This document shows, in pieces, positions 22,301-33,112 of a stretch of 64,000 bases of DNA (positions within the stretch are counted from its first letter, which is position 1; each line of letters starts with the position of its first letter). The stretch covers positions 1 through 64,000 of the forward strand of contig CBDHEC010000003.1 of assembly GCA_965261975.1 (NCBI GenBank), read 5' to 3'. The notes under the pieces are model-generated. The model saw only the letters and a list, made by a program, of their open reading frames with translations. It was not told the origin of the DNA and ran no database searches. This stretch comes from Alphaproteobacteria bacterium (GTDB taxonomy: Bacteria; Pseudomonadota; Alphaproteobacteria; UBA6615). The translations under genes were made by a program, and so were the position numbers.

Positions 22301-23116
22301 ATGATTTACGAGATTATCCTGATTTACTGCGCAACCGGTGCGCTGGCTGGCTTCGTGTCGGGCATGTTCGGCGTCGGTGGCGCCTTCACGATGGCGCCGA
22401 TCCTGATCATCGGGCTGCCGCTTCAGGGCGTGCCCGATCACCATGTGATGCATCTGTCGGTCGGGACCTCGCTGGCGGTCATGTTCACCACCTCGGCCTA
22501 TGTGGCGGTCCTGCGCTACCGGATAGGCGACCTGCAGCTGCCGCTGACCTTCCGCTTCGTGCCCTACATCATCATCGGCGCGGTGGCCGGTTCCCTGTTC
22601 GGCGACTATCTGCCCGGCGACATCCTGAAGGCCATATTCATGGGCTTTCTTGTTCTTACCATCGTCCGCGGCATTTTCTACAAGGGCCATGAGACGGTCG
22701 ACGGCGGCGGCGACCTCCAGGATGTGCGTGGGCCCGGCCTGTGGTCCCACGGGGTGCTGACCGGGATCACCGGCTCCCTGCTGGGCCCCGGCCCCGCAAT
22801 CGTGATCGGCCCCTATCTGCGCAAGCGCCGCTACTCGATGGCAATGGTCGCGGCCAGCGCCTCGGCACTCGCCGGTCTGCTCGGCCTGTCGGCGACGGGC
22901 GGCTATGTCTATGGCGGGTTTGGCGAGGCCGGACTGCCGGACTTTTCCCTGGGGTATCTCTACCTGCCGGCCGCAGGAGGAATCGCCGCAGGTGCGCTGA
23001 TTGGCTCACCCTTCGGGATCCGCGCCTCGCACTGGATCCCGGACCTCCTGGTACACCGGATGTTCGTCAGCTATGTGGCGTTCATTCTCGTCGTGATGCT
23101 GATCTGGGGCCGCTAG
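22301..23116 (+). CDS. TauE/SafE family sulfite exporter (paralog 2)
   Basis: SGMFGVGG, GTSLA, SLGYLYLP; tandem paralog. Confidence 0.85.
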   Translation: MIYEIILIYCATGALAGFVSGMFGVGGAFTMAPILIIGLPLQGVPDHHVMHLSVGTSLAVMFTTSAYVAVLRYRIGDLQLPLTFRFVPYIIIGAVAGSLFGDYLPGDILKAIFMGFLVLTIVRGIFYKGHETVDGGGDLQDVRGPGLWSHGVLTGITGSLLGPGPAIVIGPYLRKRRYSMAMVAASASALAGLLGLSATGGYVYGGFGEAGLPDFSLGYLYLPAAGGIAAGALIGSPFGIRASHWIPDLLVHRMFVSYVAFILVVMLIWGR

Positions 23117-24600
23117 GCGGATTCCGGGGAAGATGGCTTTGCGACCTTCCGCCAACGCCAGAGCACCAGAAGCAACAGGCCGACGATCTCGAGGCCGACC
23201 GGCCCGACGGCATTCAGGCCCGAGAGCACACCCGGCAGAAAGAACGACATGATCAGGGTTTCGTTCATTCCCAATGCGCTCAGCAGCATGGGCACCACCG
23301 CGTAGAGCACAATCAGATAGATCATTGCCGCGAGGTCGGAGCGCACCGGCCAGCGCCCGATGTTCAGCGCAAGCACAAGCAAACAGTCACGGAACAGAAA
23401 CAGGCTCACCGAGAACATGAATGTCGTCGGTGCAAGCCGGAACTGGTCGTTCTCCTGCAGGCCCGCCCAGAAATTGCCCGACAGCATCTGTGTGCTGTCG
23501 CCGAGCAACACCGACAACATCAGGACGACAAACAACAGAATGAGAGATTGCACCCAGAAGGGAATGCGCTCGGAGACTTCACCCCAGCGTCGCGCTTTCA
23601 ACGCGCCGACCAGCGCGCGGAAATTACCCAGCGTTTTTGCCTCGAAGAAGACGGCCAGATATGTCAGCGGAACAAAGACACTCCACATGATCAGGAGGTA
23701 GAGGAAGAGTGCCCCGGAAGACGTGCTCGCCTGATCGGCAATGACATCGAACCCCGCGAAATAGGCGCCCGCATAGAGCATGAAAGCAAACCACGCCCAG
23801 CGCCGGCTGCGGAACTGCAGTACCCCGCGCAGTTCGCGAATGATGCCGAGCACCACCCACGCCAGGAACGCGGTGAAGCTCAGCGCCATGAATGCCGTCA
23901 GGTTGAATTCACCCCGATACCAGCGCACCGTCTGGTCGGTCAGCACGCTCAGGTTGATCTCGCTGGGCAGGTTGTCGAGCATTTCTCCCAGGCTCGCGAT
24001 CCGGAAGAACTGAAGCAGGGCCAGGGCGACGACGATCCCTGCAACCTGGCACAAGGTAACCGAAATTCCCTTCGAGGGCCGGCGACGGCGCAGCAGCGCA
24101 ATCGCGACGAACATCGAGACCGCAAGTGCGAGGAACGCCGCCAGCAGGTCGCGCAGTGCCGACGCCAGGATCGCCGAAGTACCACCCGAGACGAAGGGCA
24201 GCAGGGATGCCGTATCGCCACTCTCATCGGGAAAGTAGAGAAGATGCAGGTGGGCGACGATCTTCACCAGGAGCAGCAGTGCAGCCCCATAGAGAACAAA
24301 AGCCGGCGCACCGAAAAATTTGCCGGCGAACAACGCCAATCCCGAGAGGGCCGACAGGCGCTGGCCGTCCCAGGTGTTGTTCACCAGTTCGGAATCGAAA
24401 CTGCCGGCGACCTTGCGCGTGCCCCAAAGCAGGATGATGATCCAAAAACCGGCGCCCGCCACGCCACCCACCATCTCCGGGCCGGCACCCGCCCACATGG
24501 CGGCCGTCGCGAGTGCGATAATCACAGGCATCGCGATCAGCCGCTGAGCGGAGAACTCGATCAGGAGGTTGCGCTTGAATTCCGGGTTCACGCCGCTCAC
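23113..24600 (-). CDS. Multi-TM membrane protein, probable ABC exporter permease
   Basis: Many TM segments; 4-nt overlap with the upstream ABC ATPase. Confidence 0.7.
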   Translation of the reverse strand: MSGVNPEFKRNLLIEFSAQRLIAMPVIIALATAAMWAGAGPEMVGGVAGAGFWIIILLWGTRKVAGSFDSELVNNTWDGQRLSALSGLALFAGKFFGAPAFVLYGAALLLLVKIVAHLHLLYFPDESGDTASLLPFVSGGTSAILASALRDLLAAFLALAVSMFVAIALLRRRRPSKGISVTLCQVAGIVVALALLQFFRIASLGEMLDNLPSEINLSVLTDQTVRWYRGEFNLTAFMALSFTAFLAWVVLGIIRELRGVLQFRSRRWAWFAFMLYAGAYFAGFDVIADQASTSSGALFLYLLIMWSVFVPLTYLAVFFEAKTLGNFRALVGALKARRWGEVSERIPFWVQSLILLFVVLMLSVLLGDSTQMLSGNFWAGLQENDQFRLAPTTFMFSVSLFLFRDCLLVLALNIGRWPVRSDLAAMIYLIVLYAVVPMLLSALGMNETLIMSFFLPGVLSGLNAVGPVGLEIVGLLLLVLWRWRKVAKPSSPESA

Positions 24601-25541
24601 TCCCGATCGCCGAAATACACGTCGGAGACGGACTGGCGCGTATCGGCGAACTCGGTCACCGGCAAGCCGGCGGTCACGAGGTCACGCAGGAGGTTCTGCC
24701 GGGCATCCCCGGTCTCGGCGATCACGCAGGTCGCCGAAACCTCGTCCACATCGAGCACGTCCACGTCCGACCGCGCGGCCAGCATTTCCTGTAACCGCAC
24801 ATCGGGCCCTGAAAGCGCTATCCGGTAGGTCGCAGTCTTGGTCTGTGCCTGACCGCCGCCGCCCAATGGCCGGAACGCGTCGATCTGGCCATCGCGTACG
24901 ATCAGCACGTGGGAGGAATAGTCCTCCAGCTCGGACAGAATGTGCGAGGACACGATGAAAGTCATTCCGTCCTGGTTGAGCGTGCGGATCGTTTCCGACA
25001 AGTGCCGGCGCGCATCGGGGTCGAGCCCGGAAGCCGGTTCATCGAGCAGCGCGATCCGTGGCTTGTGAATAATTGCCTGGGCGATGGCCACCTTCTGCCG
25101 GTTGCCGCGCGAGAGCTCGCCCACTCGGCGATCGAGCTGCCCCGACAAGCCCAGATGTTCGGCCGCCCAAAGCATTTGAGGCCGCTGGTCCTCGCGCGGC
25201 AGCTTCTTGGCCCCGGCGTGGAACAGCAGTGATTGCTCAACGGTCAATTCATCATAGAGGCCGAAGAAGTCGGGCAGAAAGCCGACATTGCGATGTACCT
25301 CGCGCGGGTTCTCGCGCACCTCGACCCCGGCGACCCGGATCGTCCCCATGGTCGGATGCTCGAGGGCGCAGATGCTGCGCATCAAAGTGGTCTTGCCCGC
25401 ACCGTTCGGGCCCACGAGGGCGACGACCATGCCGGCCTCGATATCGAACGTCACATCGGACAGGGCGCGGACGGTGTCATAGTCGAATACGACATCGGCA
25501 ACCGAAACCAGCGTCTCGTCAGTATCCGGCGGGATACTCAT
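24597..25541 (-). CDS. ABC transporter ATP-binding protein
   Basis: GPNGAGKTT, LSRGNRQK, LLDEP, SSH; its ATG overlaps the displaced original glmS stop (ATGA). Confidence 0.93.
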   Translation of the reverse strand: MSIPPDTDETLVSVADVVFDYDTVRALSDVTFDIEAGMVVALVGPNGAGKTTLMRSICALEHPTMGTIRVAGVEVRENPREVHRNVGFLPDFFGLYDELTVEQSLLFHAGAKKLPREDQRPQMLWAAEHLGLSGQLDRRVGELSRGNRQKVAIAQAIIHKPRIALLDEPASGLDPDARRHLSETIRTLNQDGMTFIVSSHILSELEDYSSHVLIVRDGQIDAFRPLGGGGQAQTKTATYRIALSGPDVRLQEMLAARSDVDVLDVDEVSATCVIAETGDARQNLLRDLVTAGLPVTEFADTRQSVSDVYFGDRE

Positions 25542-25576
25542 TCCACCGTGGTGGACTTTGTTCCAACGTACGGGTT
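25538..25576 (-). mobile_element. attR-like junction: P arm + AC crossover + displaced original glmS 3' end
   Basis: Minus strand reads AACCCGTACGTTGGAACAAAGTCCACC-AC-GGTGGAATGA; ACG GTG GAA TGA encodes T-V-E-stop. Confidence 0.85.
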
Positions 25577-25586
25577 TCAAGTGAGT

Positions 25587-26111
25587 TTAATCCTCTGTCA
25601 CTGAAGTTTTTTTTAATCCATCATGCTTCGATGAGAACGAACCTGAGACGGAGTGTGTGTCGATACCCTCGAGAACCTCATACCCCTTCGACTTCTGAGA
25701 TGGGTCTAGGTACTCAAGTTGGTCACCGACAATTGGGAATTTGAACTTCACATCTATGCGGTGGTTCACCCCATCGGGTTCAAGGTGGACGATCAATTGA
25801 TCAACCACTCCCTCGATGTACTCTTTCCGATCCTCTAGTGAGAGGTGGTCTACGTCGTCGTACATCTCGTGGAACTTACCAACCCAGTCGATCCATCGTT
25901 TCTGACTGATCGTTTCCTGTACTCGCAAACGAACCTGTTCCAGTTCGCTCCTCGAGGACTCTAGTTCGTCTCGAAGGTTCTTCTTCACCTGTCGATAGAG
26001 TTTCCCGTCCATCCTTTCCAACATGCGATCAGTCTCGATCTTTGCGATGGACTCCTCGATCTTCTGAATACCCTTCTTGATCCGTGTCTCGACTGTCGAT
26101 GGTTTCTCCAA
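25587..26111 (-). pseudogene. C-terminal fragment of a large serine recombinase
   Basis: Coiled-coil region followed by LSLEDRKEYIEGVVDQLIV..IDVKFKFP, resembling an LSR C-terminus; no catalytic domain; ends next to the P arm. Confidence 0.7.
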
Positions 26112-26210
26112 AGACTACGGAAGTCGAAAATAATGCGGTCAGGAATATGGGTGCGAAATATCTGATCATTCGGAGGGAGTGTTAGGTGTCCCTAAGTCAG
26201 CAAACCCAAA

Positions 26211-26250
26211 CAAGAAAAGACCCTGCAAACTTGGGGGTAAACAGGGTCTT
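26211..26250 (-). terminator. Possible terminator after cargo gene
   Basis: AAGACCCTG/CAGGGTCTT inverted repeat followed by a T-rich tract on the minus strand. Confidence 0.4.
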
Positions 26251-26310
26251 CTCCGCATTCATGTCCGCGTGACAATCCTCGTTACATCAGGAAGTCCGCA
26301 AGGTTTAAAA

Positions 26311-26706
26311 CTATTTCAATTTGCACACCCAAACCATTTCCATAGGTTCGCTGCCAGTTGAATCTTTAAGGGTATGGTCAATCCGGCAAGTGTCCCCGTC
26401 TTTCTTGAAATCCCAAGTCCCCACAATGGTCCATCCACTGCCAAAACCATTCAGGCGGATTTTATTATCTCCAGCGCTTGTAATCGTTCCCCGATAACTA
26501 TTTTGCATCTGAGTAAGTCGCCATTTTTTGCCCTTTTTTTCTAATTTGAACGGGATATTACTATAATGACCAGTTCGCTTATAACGGACATCAGCGCCTT
26601 CCATCATTTCCATTATCTGTTCAAAAGTGAATTTTTCGTTGGCAAACGATGGCGCCTGAAACGCGGTAAGAAAAAACATAAAAATGAGGGTAATCGTCCA
26701 GTTCAT
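26311..26706 (-). CDS. Hypothetical exported protein (element cargo)
   Basis: AT-rich ORF, signal peptide MNWTITLIFMFFLTAFQAPSFA, two Cys near the C-terminus. Confidence 0.7.
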   Translation of the reverse strand: MNWTITLIFMFFLTAFQAPSFANEKFTFEQIMEMMEGADVRYKRTGHYSNIPFKLEKKGKKWRLTQMQNSYRGTITSAGDNKIRLNGFGSGWTIVGTWDFKKDGDTCRIDHTLKDSTGSEPMEMVWVCKLK

Positions 26707-26954
26707 CTTTAACTTATCCTTTTTTCTATGACGATCGAACAGGATCGACGGGGGTTTTTCCCTTAGCATTGTGGTAATTCGACGATAAGATTAACAAGGA
26801 ATACGGGTTGGAAAAGACTAAATTGTTTGAGGTCGTAGGGTGTCGTTGTTGTCTCCATTTTCTGTGTTTCCTTTCGAGATCGAACAAGACTCCAGGCATC
26901 CTGTTCGTATCCCTATTTAGACAACGACAACCCCTCGATCTGACCTTCCTCAAA

Positions 26955-27164
26955 TTAATCTGAGTTGATGTATTTCCTCTCGACGTACTCGATCCGAAGA
27001 GGACTCGTGATCTCAAACCGATCCTCTGGAAGTGCATTCAATCGTTCATCCCTGATCCTCTTCTTCTTGAGGATCGAGAAGACATGCGTGTTGAAGAACC
27101 TCTTACCTCGAGGGGTCGTGTACCCATTCTCGTTTAACCACTGCGCGATCTTCCGATACCCCAT
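26955..27164 (-). CDS. Small stand-alone recombinase-domain (HTH-like) protein, copy B; frame open further upstream to the att arm
   Basis: GMGYRKIAQWLNENGYTTPRGKRF...VFSIL resembles the PF07508 recombinase-domain pattern. Confidence 0.65.
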   Translation of the reverse strand: MGYRKIAQWLNENGYTTPRGKRFFNTHVFSILKKKRIRDERLNALPEDRFEITSPLRIEYVERKYINSD

Positions 27165-27318
27165 TCCTTCGTCATGAAGTCTCTGGATGAGGTCATGCAG
27201 TTCCGATTGATAGTCGGAATATGGTGCAGGATTGGAGAGTCGAGAGGACGTTAGAGTCGCAGTGAAACAGAGGTAATATTCAACGTCAGAACCCGTACGT
27301 TGGAAACTACTCCACGGT
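27010..27318. repeat. Direct repeat copy B (matches 28367-28676), ending in an internal att P' arm + GT
   Basis: 27010-27284 is identical to 28367-28641; similarity stops exactly after GT at 27317-27318. Confidence 0.95.
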
Positions 27319-27421
27319 AATGGGTATCGCTATCTCGTGGGGTTGATCACCTGAGCGACTCCAAGAAGAACGGCAGCAGTCAGGCAGAGTGTAGCGGTCT
27401 GCTCTCACATATCGAGGTCAT

Positions 27422-28159
27422 TCATTTCATATATTTTTTAAAAAATTCTACGGTTCTTTTGTGCGAGTCTTTATCTGCTTCCTCATTATATTCCCATCTC
27501 GCGCTATTTTTCCTATCCCACGCATGATCTGCTTCTGAATAAACATGGGTCTCTAGTTTTCCGCCCCGCTCTCTAACTTCGTCCCACGCTTCTTCAACAA
27601 ATTTCATCCGCTGAGTACCGTCCTCTTCACCATGTAGTGACAATATCGGAGAACTGGATTTCGAAAAATATTTCATCGGGTAGGGGTTTGTGATTTCTCT
27701 ACCAAAGTTCGCCTTCCAAACTCCATAATGAGATACGCCAGCATTAACCTTTGACTGTCCTGTTAAATAACCGACCCAAAATCCTCCATTAGAAAATCCG
27801 ACAGCAAAAACATTCTTTCTATTTATTTTGGTGTCATTTTTCATGAGGTCGACAACCTCTGCTAGTTCCTTCTCAATACTCTCGCGATAAGTGCTGAACG
27901 TCTCCATTCTCGTTTTTGGAGTCAGACCGTGTCGTTTAAAAAAATCAGGAGCATAAACAGCAAATCCGTCATCAACATATCGTTGGATGAGGTGTTTTAC
28001 TGTTTTGAATCCCCCACTGGTATGTAACGCAATGACCGCAGGAAATGGACCAGAACCATTAGGGTAATATTTTTCATGATAAATTGGTTCTGCTTGAGAG
28101 TTGCTGGGAAAAATAAAAAGAGCACTTAAACCAAGTACAACCTGGCAGATATTTCTCAT
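27422..28159 (-). CDS. Dienelactone hydrolase-like alpha/beta hydrolase, exported (element cargo)
   Basis: Signal peptide; GFSNGG nucleophile elbow, HGEEDG, ADHAW. Confidence 0.85.
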   Translation of the reverse strand: MRNICQVVLGLSALFIFPSNSQAEPIYHEKYYPNGSGPFPAVIALHTSGGFKTVKHLIQRYVDDGFAVYAPDFFKRHGLTPKTRMETFSTYRESIEKELAEVVDLMKNDTKINRKNVFAVGFSNGGFWVGYLTGQSKVNAGVSHYGVWKANFGREITNPYPMKYFSKSSSPILSLHGEEDGTQRMKFVEEAWDEVRERGGKLETHVYSEADHAWDRKNSARWEYNEEADKDSHKRTVEFFKKYMK

Positions 28160-28311
28160 CCTATTCCCTTTCGTTGTGGTAAGTAATAATCGTGCTGTAA
28201 TAAAAAAATACACTCTCCTTATATTCTTGAAGCACTGCAATCATCAAACTGGGTGTTGCAGTCGGTATGCTCACATGAAAATTCTGACAGAGAATATTCG
28301 GAATTGGTAGA

Positions 28312-28521
28312 TCATACTTGGTTAATCAATTTCCGCTCGATGTACTCGATCCTCAAAGGACTAGTAATCTCAAACCGATCCTCTGGAAGTGCATTCAATC
28401 GTTCATCCCTGATCCTCTTCTTCTTGAGGATCGAGAAGACATGCGTGTTGAAGAACCTCTTACCTCGAGGGGTCGTGTACCCATTCTCGTTTAACCACTG
28501 CGCGATCTTCCGATACCCCAT
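28312..28521 (-). CDS. Small stand-alone recombinase-domain protein, copy A; may start at ATG 28654 if one base is an error
   Basis: Near-identical to copy B; frame open upstream through EYYLCFTATL... Confidence 0.65.
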   Translation of the reverse strand: MGYRKIAQWLNENGYTTPRGKRFFNTHVFSILKKKRIRDERLNALPEDRFEITSPLRIEYIERKLINQV

Positions 28522-28664
28522 TCCTTCGTCATGAAGTCTCTGGATGAGGTCATGCAGTTCCGATTGATAGTCGGAATATGGTGCAGGATTGGAGAGTCGA
28601 GAGGACGTTAGAGTCGCAGTGAAACAGAGGTAATATTCAACCTCTGGAACCCATCCGTTGGAAA

Positions 28665-28676
<12 letters not shown>
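28367..28676. repeat. Direct repeat copy A, including attL-like junction and replacement glmS end
   Basis: P' arm at 28648-28674 (AACCCATCCGTTGGAAACTACTCCACG) followed by GT. Confidence 0.95.
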
Positions 28677-30488
<1,812 letters not shown>

Positions 30489-30490
30489 GC

Positions 30491-31825
30491 CTATTTGCCC
30501 TTCGACTTCAGTTTGCGGAACCGCGCGGCCCAGCCGGCCTTGGTGACCTGCTCGGCACGCTCGATCGACAGCGCATCGGCCTCGACGTCGCCCGATATCG
30601 TGCTCCCCGCCGCAACAATGGCGCCGTCTCCCACGGTCACGGGTGCGACCAGCGCGGAGTTGGAGCCGATGAAAGCCCCCGCGCCGATATTCGTGGTGTG
30701 TTTGGCGAAGCCGTCATAGTTGCAGGTGATCGTGCCGGCCCCGATGTTGGCGCCCGCGCCCACATGGGCATCACCCACATAGGACAGATGATTGGCCTTG
30801 GCGCCCGCACCCAGATCGGCATTCTTGATTTCGACGAAGTTGCCGACCCGTGCGCCGGTGCCGATCTTCGCGCCGGGCCGAAGCCGTGCGTAGGGACCGA
30901 TGACCGCACCGCCCTCGACATCGGCGCCCTCGAGATGGCTGAAGGCGCGTATCTCGACCCCATCGGCCACTTTGACGCCGGGCCCGAACACGACGTTGGG
31001 CTGAACGACCACATCACGACCGAGCTCCGTGTCGTGGTGAAACCAGACCGTGCCCGGATCCACCAGTGTCGCCCCGCCTTCCATCGCGCGGGCGCGCAGC
31101 GCGTCCTGTACCACGGCCTCGGCCATGGCCAGGTCGGTCCGCGCGTTCACGCCGAGGAGTTCGTCTTCCTGGCCCTCCACAACGGCAGCCGCATGCCCGT
31201 CCGCACGCGCGAGCGCGACGGTCTCGGTCAGGTAGTACTCGTTCTTGGCGTTGTTGGTGTCGAGACGGTCGAGCAGGCCAATCAGGTGGCGGCCGTCGAA
31301 GGCCATCACCCCGGAATTGCAGAGGTTGACCTCCAGCTCTTCAGGTGAGGCGTCCTTGGCCTCGATGATCGCCTCGAGCCCGCCGTCGTCGTTTGTAATC
31401 AGACGGCCATATTGATGGAAATGGCTCGGCCGGAAACCCAGCACCGACACGGCGGCACCATCGGAACAGGCCGCCGCCGCCCGGCGCATCGTGTCGGCGG
31501 TCACCAGCGGCGTGTCGCCATAGAGCACCAGCACAGTCCCCGTGAAACCTTCCAGAGCCTCCCGCGCGGCCTTCACCGCGCCGCCGGTGCCGTCGCGCTC
31601 GGCCTGTACGCAAGTCGGGTGTGGTGCCACCGCATCAGTCACCACATCCATATCCGGTCCGACGACGACAACGATCCGCTCGGGCGTCAACTCGGCAGCT
31701 GTGGCGAGCAGATGGGTGATCATCGGGCGCCCGGCGAGCGGGTGCATCACCTTGGGCAGGTCGGAACGCATCCGCGTCCCCTTCCCGGCGGCAAGCACCA
31801 CTATGGCTAAAGCTGTGTCGGTCAT
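30491..31825 (-). CDS. glmU: Bifunctional UDP-GlcNAc pyrophosphorylase/acetyltransferase
   Basis: LAAGKGTRM, hexapeptide repeats, GNFVEIK, HLSYVGD. Confidence 0.98.
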   Translation of the reverse strand: MTDTALAIVVLAAGKGTRMRSDLPKVMHPLAGRPMITHLLATAAELTPERIVVVVGPDMDVVTDAVAPHPTCVQAERDGTGGAVKAAREALEGFTGTVLVLYGDTPLVTADTMRRAAAACSDGAAVSVLGFRPSHFHQYGRLITNDDGGLEAIIEAKDASPEELEVNLCNSGVMAFDGRHLIGLLDRLDTNNAKNEYYLTETVALARADGHAAAVVEGQEDELLGVNARTDLAMAEAVVQDALRARAMEGGATLVDPGTVWFHHDTELGRDVVVQPNVVFGPGVKVADGVEIRAFSHLEGADVEGGAVIGPYARLRPGAKIGTGARVGNFVEIKNADLGAGAKANHLSYVGDAHVGAGANIGAGTITCNYDGFAKHTTNIGAGAFIGSNSALVAPVTVGDGAIVAAGSTISGDVEADALSIERAEQVTKAGWAARFRKLKSKGK

Positions 31826-31985
31826 GATGTCATTCGACGATGGTCATACGCCCGAAATGGGCCGGCAGAGGTGAAGCAAATCCGGTGTGGCGAATCCGCA
31901 GAAATCGGCGCGGAACTTGCCACAGCGCCGTGAATCGCACCAAGTCACGAATTGTTCCTGAATGTTTCGCGATTGCCGGTCGCAG

Positions 31986-32885
31986 CTAGCGGTCATCCTC
32001 GTCGGCTTCGCCGAACACCAGCGCACCGTCAACCGCCCGCGCACGAACCAGATGAGCAAAGCCGTCGCCCCAGGGCGTCGACAATTCGAGACGCACCGGC
32101 ACCCGTCCGGGCTCGACACCGATATCGGCCAGCCAGATCGATACCTCAAGATCCTGTAACCGTTTGCGGTCAGGCTTGAAGCCGGCAATCCGCTCGAATG
32201 TCAGGTGACAACCCTCGACGCGGCCCTCAAATGGCGCGGCGTTGCTCTTCTTGAAGCTGCGCGGCGCCAACGCCTCCATATTCGCGTCATACCGTCGACG
32301 GCCGTCATAGACGGCAGTGTTCGGGCGGCACGAACCCTCCATCGCGCTGGTCAGCACCAGCGCGGTGACGGCGGTCGTCGGATCGACCGCACCCGGGATC
32401 AGCGCCGGATCGACGCGTTTGATGTCATCTTCGCCATAAGGCGGCTCGGCCGTGACGGTCCGCTCGCCATCCTCGGTATAATCGATCGCGACCGTGCGCT
32501 GGCGACTGCGCCAGATGTTTGCCGTCCGGTACTTCTCGGGGGCGATCTCGCCGTCGCGCCAGTCGCCGCTGCTCGATGCCTCAAGGCTCCAGTTGAACAG
32601 CGCCCCGATAATCCCCGACGTCTCGAGCCTGACCCGGGTCTCATAGCCCGGATCGGTCAATTCCACTTCGAAGTCGAAGCGGATGGCGCGCAGGCCGCCC
32701 GTATAGACGTCGTAAGTAAGCGCGAAACCCTCGCTCGCCTCACGCAGCGGCTGATCGGCAGGTGCCATGGCCTGCTCGTCGGCAGCAGATACCCCCCCGA
32801 GGCACAGGGCGACCGCAGCCCCGGCAAATGCGACGCTTCGGATAAACCTGCCACGAATCTCGGATTTGCGATCTTCAAGATCCAT
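31986..32885 (-). CDS. DUF3108-like exported protein (start uncertain)
   Basis: Signal-like segment, YDVYTGG, DP, YDGRRRYD and PVR motifs. Confidence 0.65.
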   Translation of the reverse strand: MDLEDRKSEIRGRFIRSVAFAGAAVALCLGGVSAADEQAMAPADQPLREASEGFALTYDVYTGGLRAIRFDFEVELTDPGYETRVRLETSGIIGALFNWSLEASSSGDWRDGEIAPEKYRTANIWRSRQRTVAIDYTEDGERTVTAEPPYGEDDIKRVDPALIPGAVDPTTAVTALVLTSAMEGSCRPNTAVYDGRRRYDANMEALAPRSFKKSNAAPFEGRVEGCHLTFERIAGFKPDRKRLQDLEVSIWLADIGVEPGRVPVRLELSTPWGDGFAHLVRARAVDGALVFGEADEDDR

Positions 32886-33112
32886 CCCGTCATCTACGCC
32901 CAAGATAGCGGCGATTTCAAGGAGATCGATCCGCGCATGCACTGACCCAGGAAACGAGGCATGCCGGCGGTCTGGGAAAAGGGCCTACTTTTCGACAGGC
33001 GATATGGGACTTTGTGCCGAGACCATCGGGCTTGGAGGGCGGCGCGGCCATCGTCTAAGCTTTGTCCAATCGCTTTGATGGCGAACAGAATATGAGTAGG
33101 GAGCTCAGCACG

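Noticed and set aside
22741-24828. Long alternative-frame ORFs (695 aa here; also 2495-4759, 17546-19363, 51080-52948)
   Set aside because: Antisense shadows of real genes in high-GC DNA, with no recognisable motifs.
25587-25613. LSR fragment ends KKTSVTED, resembling the glmS end KSVTVE
   Set aside because: Nucleotide similarity is poor and the true displaced glmS end is at 25538-25549; probably coincidence.
30631-30641. CCACGGTCACG in glmU matching the glmS att core
   Set aside because: Explained by shared Val-Thr-Val codons; no flanking arm.
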